This document shows, piece after piece, positions 62,422 to 64,000 of a stretch of 64,000 nucleotides of DNA (position 1 is its first letter; every line of letters begins with the position of its first letter). A model generated the notes under the pieces. That model was not told where the DNA came from, did no database searches, and was given only the letters and a program-made list of their open reading frames with translations. Source of the stretch: Octopus vulgaris (lineage: Eukaryota). Location of the stretch: assembly GCA_951406725.2 (NCBI GenBank), contig OX597822.1:89342001-89406000 (forward strand), given 5' to 3'. Made by a program: the position numbers and the translations under genes.

Positions 62422-63345
62422 TTGAGAGCATGATTTACCATAATCGTGATGTCGTAGGAGAGAAATGTGTCTGCATGGATGATGGTTCACTAGCACTAAA
62501 CGAGGCTGCAAAGAGAGAGGTTTGGAGACGCCTCTATGAAAAGTTGCTCAATAAAGAGAATGAATGGGAGAAAGAGAGTCTGCCGCATGTCGACCCAACA
62601 GAGGGACCAACTATCCGAATTGACAGTACCTTGGTAGATAAAGCAATTAAGAGTATGAAAACAGGGAAAGCCCCCAGCAGAGATGCTCAAAATATCTGGC
62701 GGTATTGGCTATAGCCTAGTCACCCATATAGTTAACCAGGTGATACATGAAGGAGTCATAACCCAATGACTGGTGTAGCAGCACCATAGTCAACTGCTAC
62801 AAAGGTAAAGGTGATGTGTTAGGTACAAATAATTACAGAGGTATCAAGTTGTTGGATCAGGTAATGAAGGTCATGGAGAGGGTCATAGCCCAACTAATTA
62901 GGGAGAGAATCAGTTTAGATGAGATGCAGTTTGAGTTTATGCCAGAGAAAAGCACCACTGATGCCATATTTCTGGAAAGACAGCTGCAGGAGTAATACCT
63001 AGCCAAAGATAAACCTCTGTACCTGGCTTTCGTTGATATAGAGAAAGCCTTTGACAGGGTCCTCCAATCCCTTATCTGGTGGTCAATGAGGAAACTAGGG
63101 ATAGATGAATGGTTAGTGAGAGCTGTGCATGCCATGTACAGGGACGCTGTCAGTGAAGTGAGGGTTGGCAACAAGTACAGTGAAGAATTCCAGGTAGAGG
63201 TAGGGGTCCACCAAGGTTCAGTCCTCAGCCCCTTCCTATTTCTCATAGTCCTCCAAGCAATAACAGAGGAATTCAAGACAGGATGCCCCTGGAAGCTCCT
63301 CTATGCTGACAACCTTGCTCTAATTGCTGAGTCACTATCAGAACT
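62422..63345 (+). mobile_element. RTE LINE RT fragment
   Basis: MKTGKAP, YRGIKLLDQVMK, GVHQGSVLSP and LLYADNLALIAES, frameshifted. Confidence 0.92.
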
Positions 63346-64000
63346 AGTCAACTGCTACAAAAGTAAATGCAGGCTTAATTTCTAAAAATTTCCTTGTCAC
63401 CTACAAAATGTTCATATCACCTGCCAAAATTTCAAATCGCCCACCATTTTCAAGAAATTCACCCACCTGTAAATTGAAATCGCCCACCGGTGGGAAGCTG
63501 TGTGTATTAAAAAAAGTAAATAAAAATTAAGGGGTAGATAAGTAGTAAAAGACGCAAAGGGACATTGAGTATTCGGTAGCATAGGGAGAGTCTCAAGAAA
63601 GTGTTTTTTGGTCGAAGTACCTAACCGAGCATATAATAACATCGGTATCCTCAATGGTGGTACCTACACGAACGAGGTGATTATACACCAACATTTTGCT
63701 GATCCTTATGCTCAAGATGTTCGCAAGCAAAATGTGGAAAAGACATTTGTTCACTTTCTGACGGCGATCGCCTAACTCTATGCTGTATAAGGTCCAGATG
63801 GAGGATATGTAAACGGAACCCTTCCCCACTTGATTTTTAATTTTTTTATGGAAATCCAAGTTTTAGGCTTTGGAGATTTACTTTTACAAACATTTTTTTT
63901 TTTCAGAATCATTATCTCCGTATTTTTGTACGTATTTCACAAAAAAAGGGGGTGGGGGAAAGTGGAAATGAAGAAATAGGAAAGTGGGGGATTGAAATGT

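Overview
This is AT-rich, repeat-dense animal genomic DNA, not prokaryotic. The tandem C2H2 zinc-finger cluster and the SINE/RTE repeats resemble octopus (cephalopod) DNA; that assignment is an inference from pattern recognition, not from a search. The window holds four intact single-coding-exon C2H2 zinc-finger ORFs with 10, 10, 14 and 22 fingers (orientation +,-,-,+) and no recognisable KRAB, ZAD or BTB effector domain, plus a decayed fifth finger array near the right end. The rest is mostly broken mobile DNA: RTE LINE fragments, tRNA-derived SINEs, Tc1/mariner, hAT, piggyBac, Helitrons, Penelope-like elements, R2-group and CR1-like LINEs, two LTR-like pieces, MITEs and microsatellites. The most notable observations are: (1) five type I hammerhead-ribozyme-like motifs, two of them tandem in a ~395-nt retrozyme/Penelope-like unit with an inverted arm; (2) an open in-frame fusion of a mariner transposase HTH domain to a zinc finger; (3) a conserved non-coding leader shared by two zinc-finger paralogues; (4) an inverted pair of piggyBac-type MITEs. 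All alignments were done by eye, and repeat boundaries are approximate unless terminal repeats or target-site duplications are quoted.
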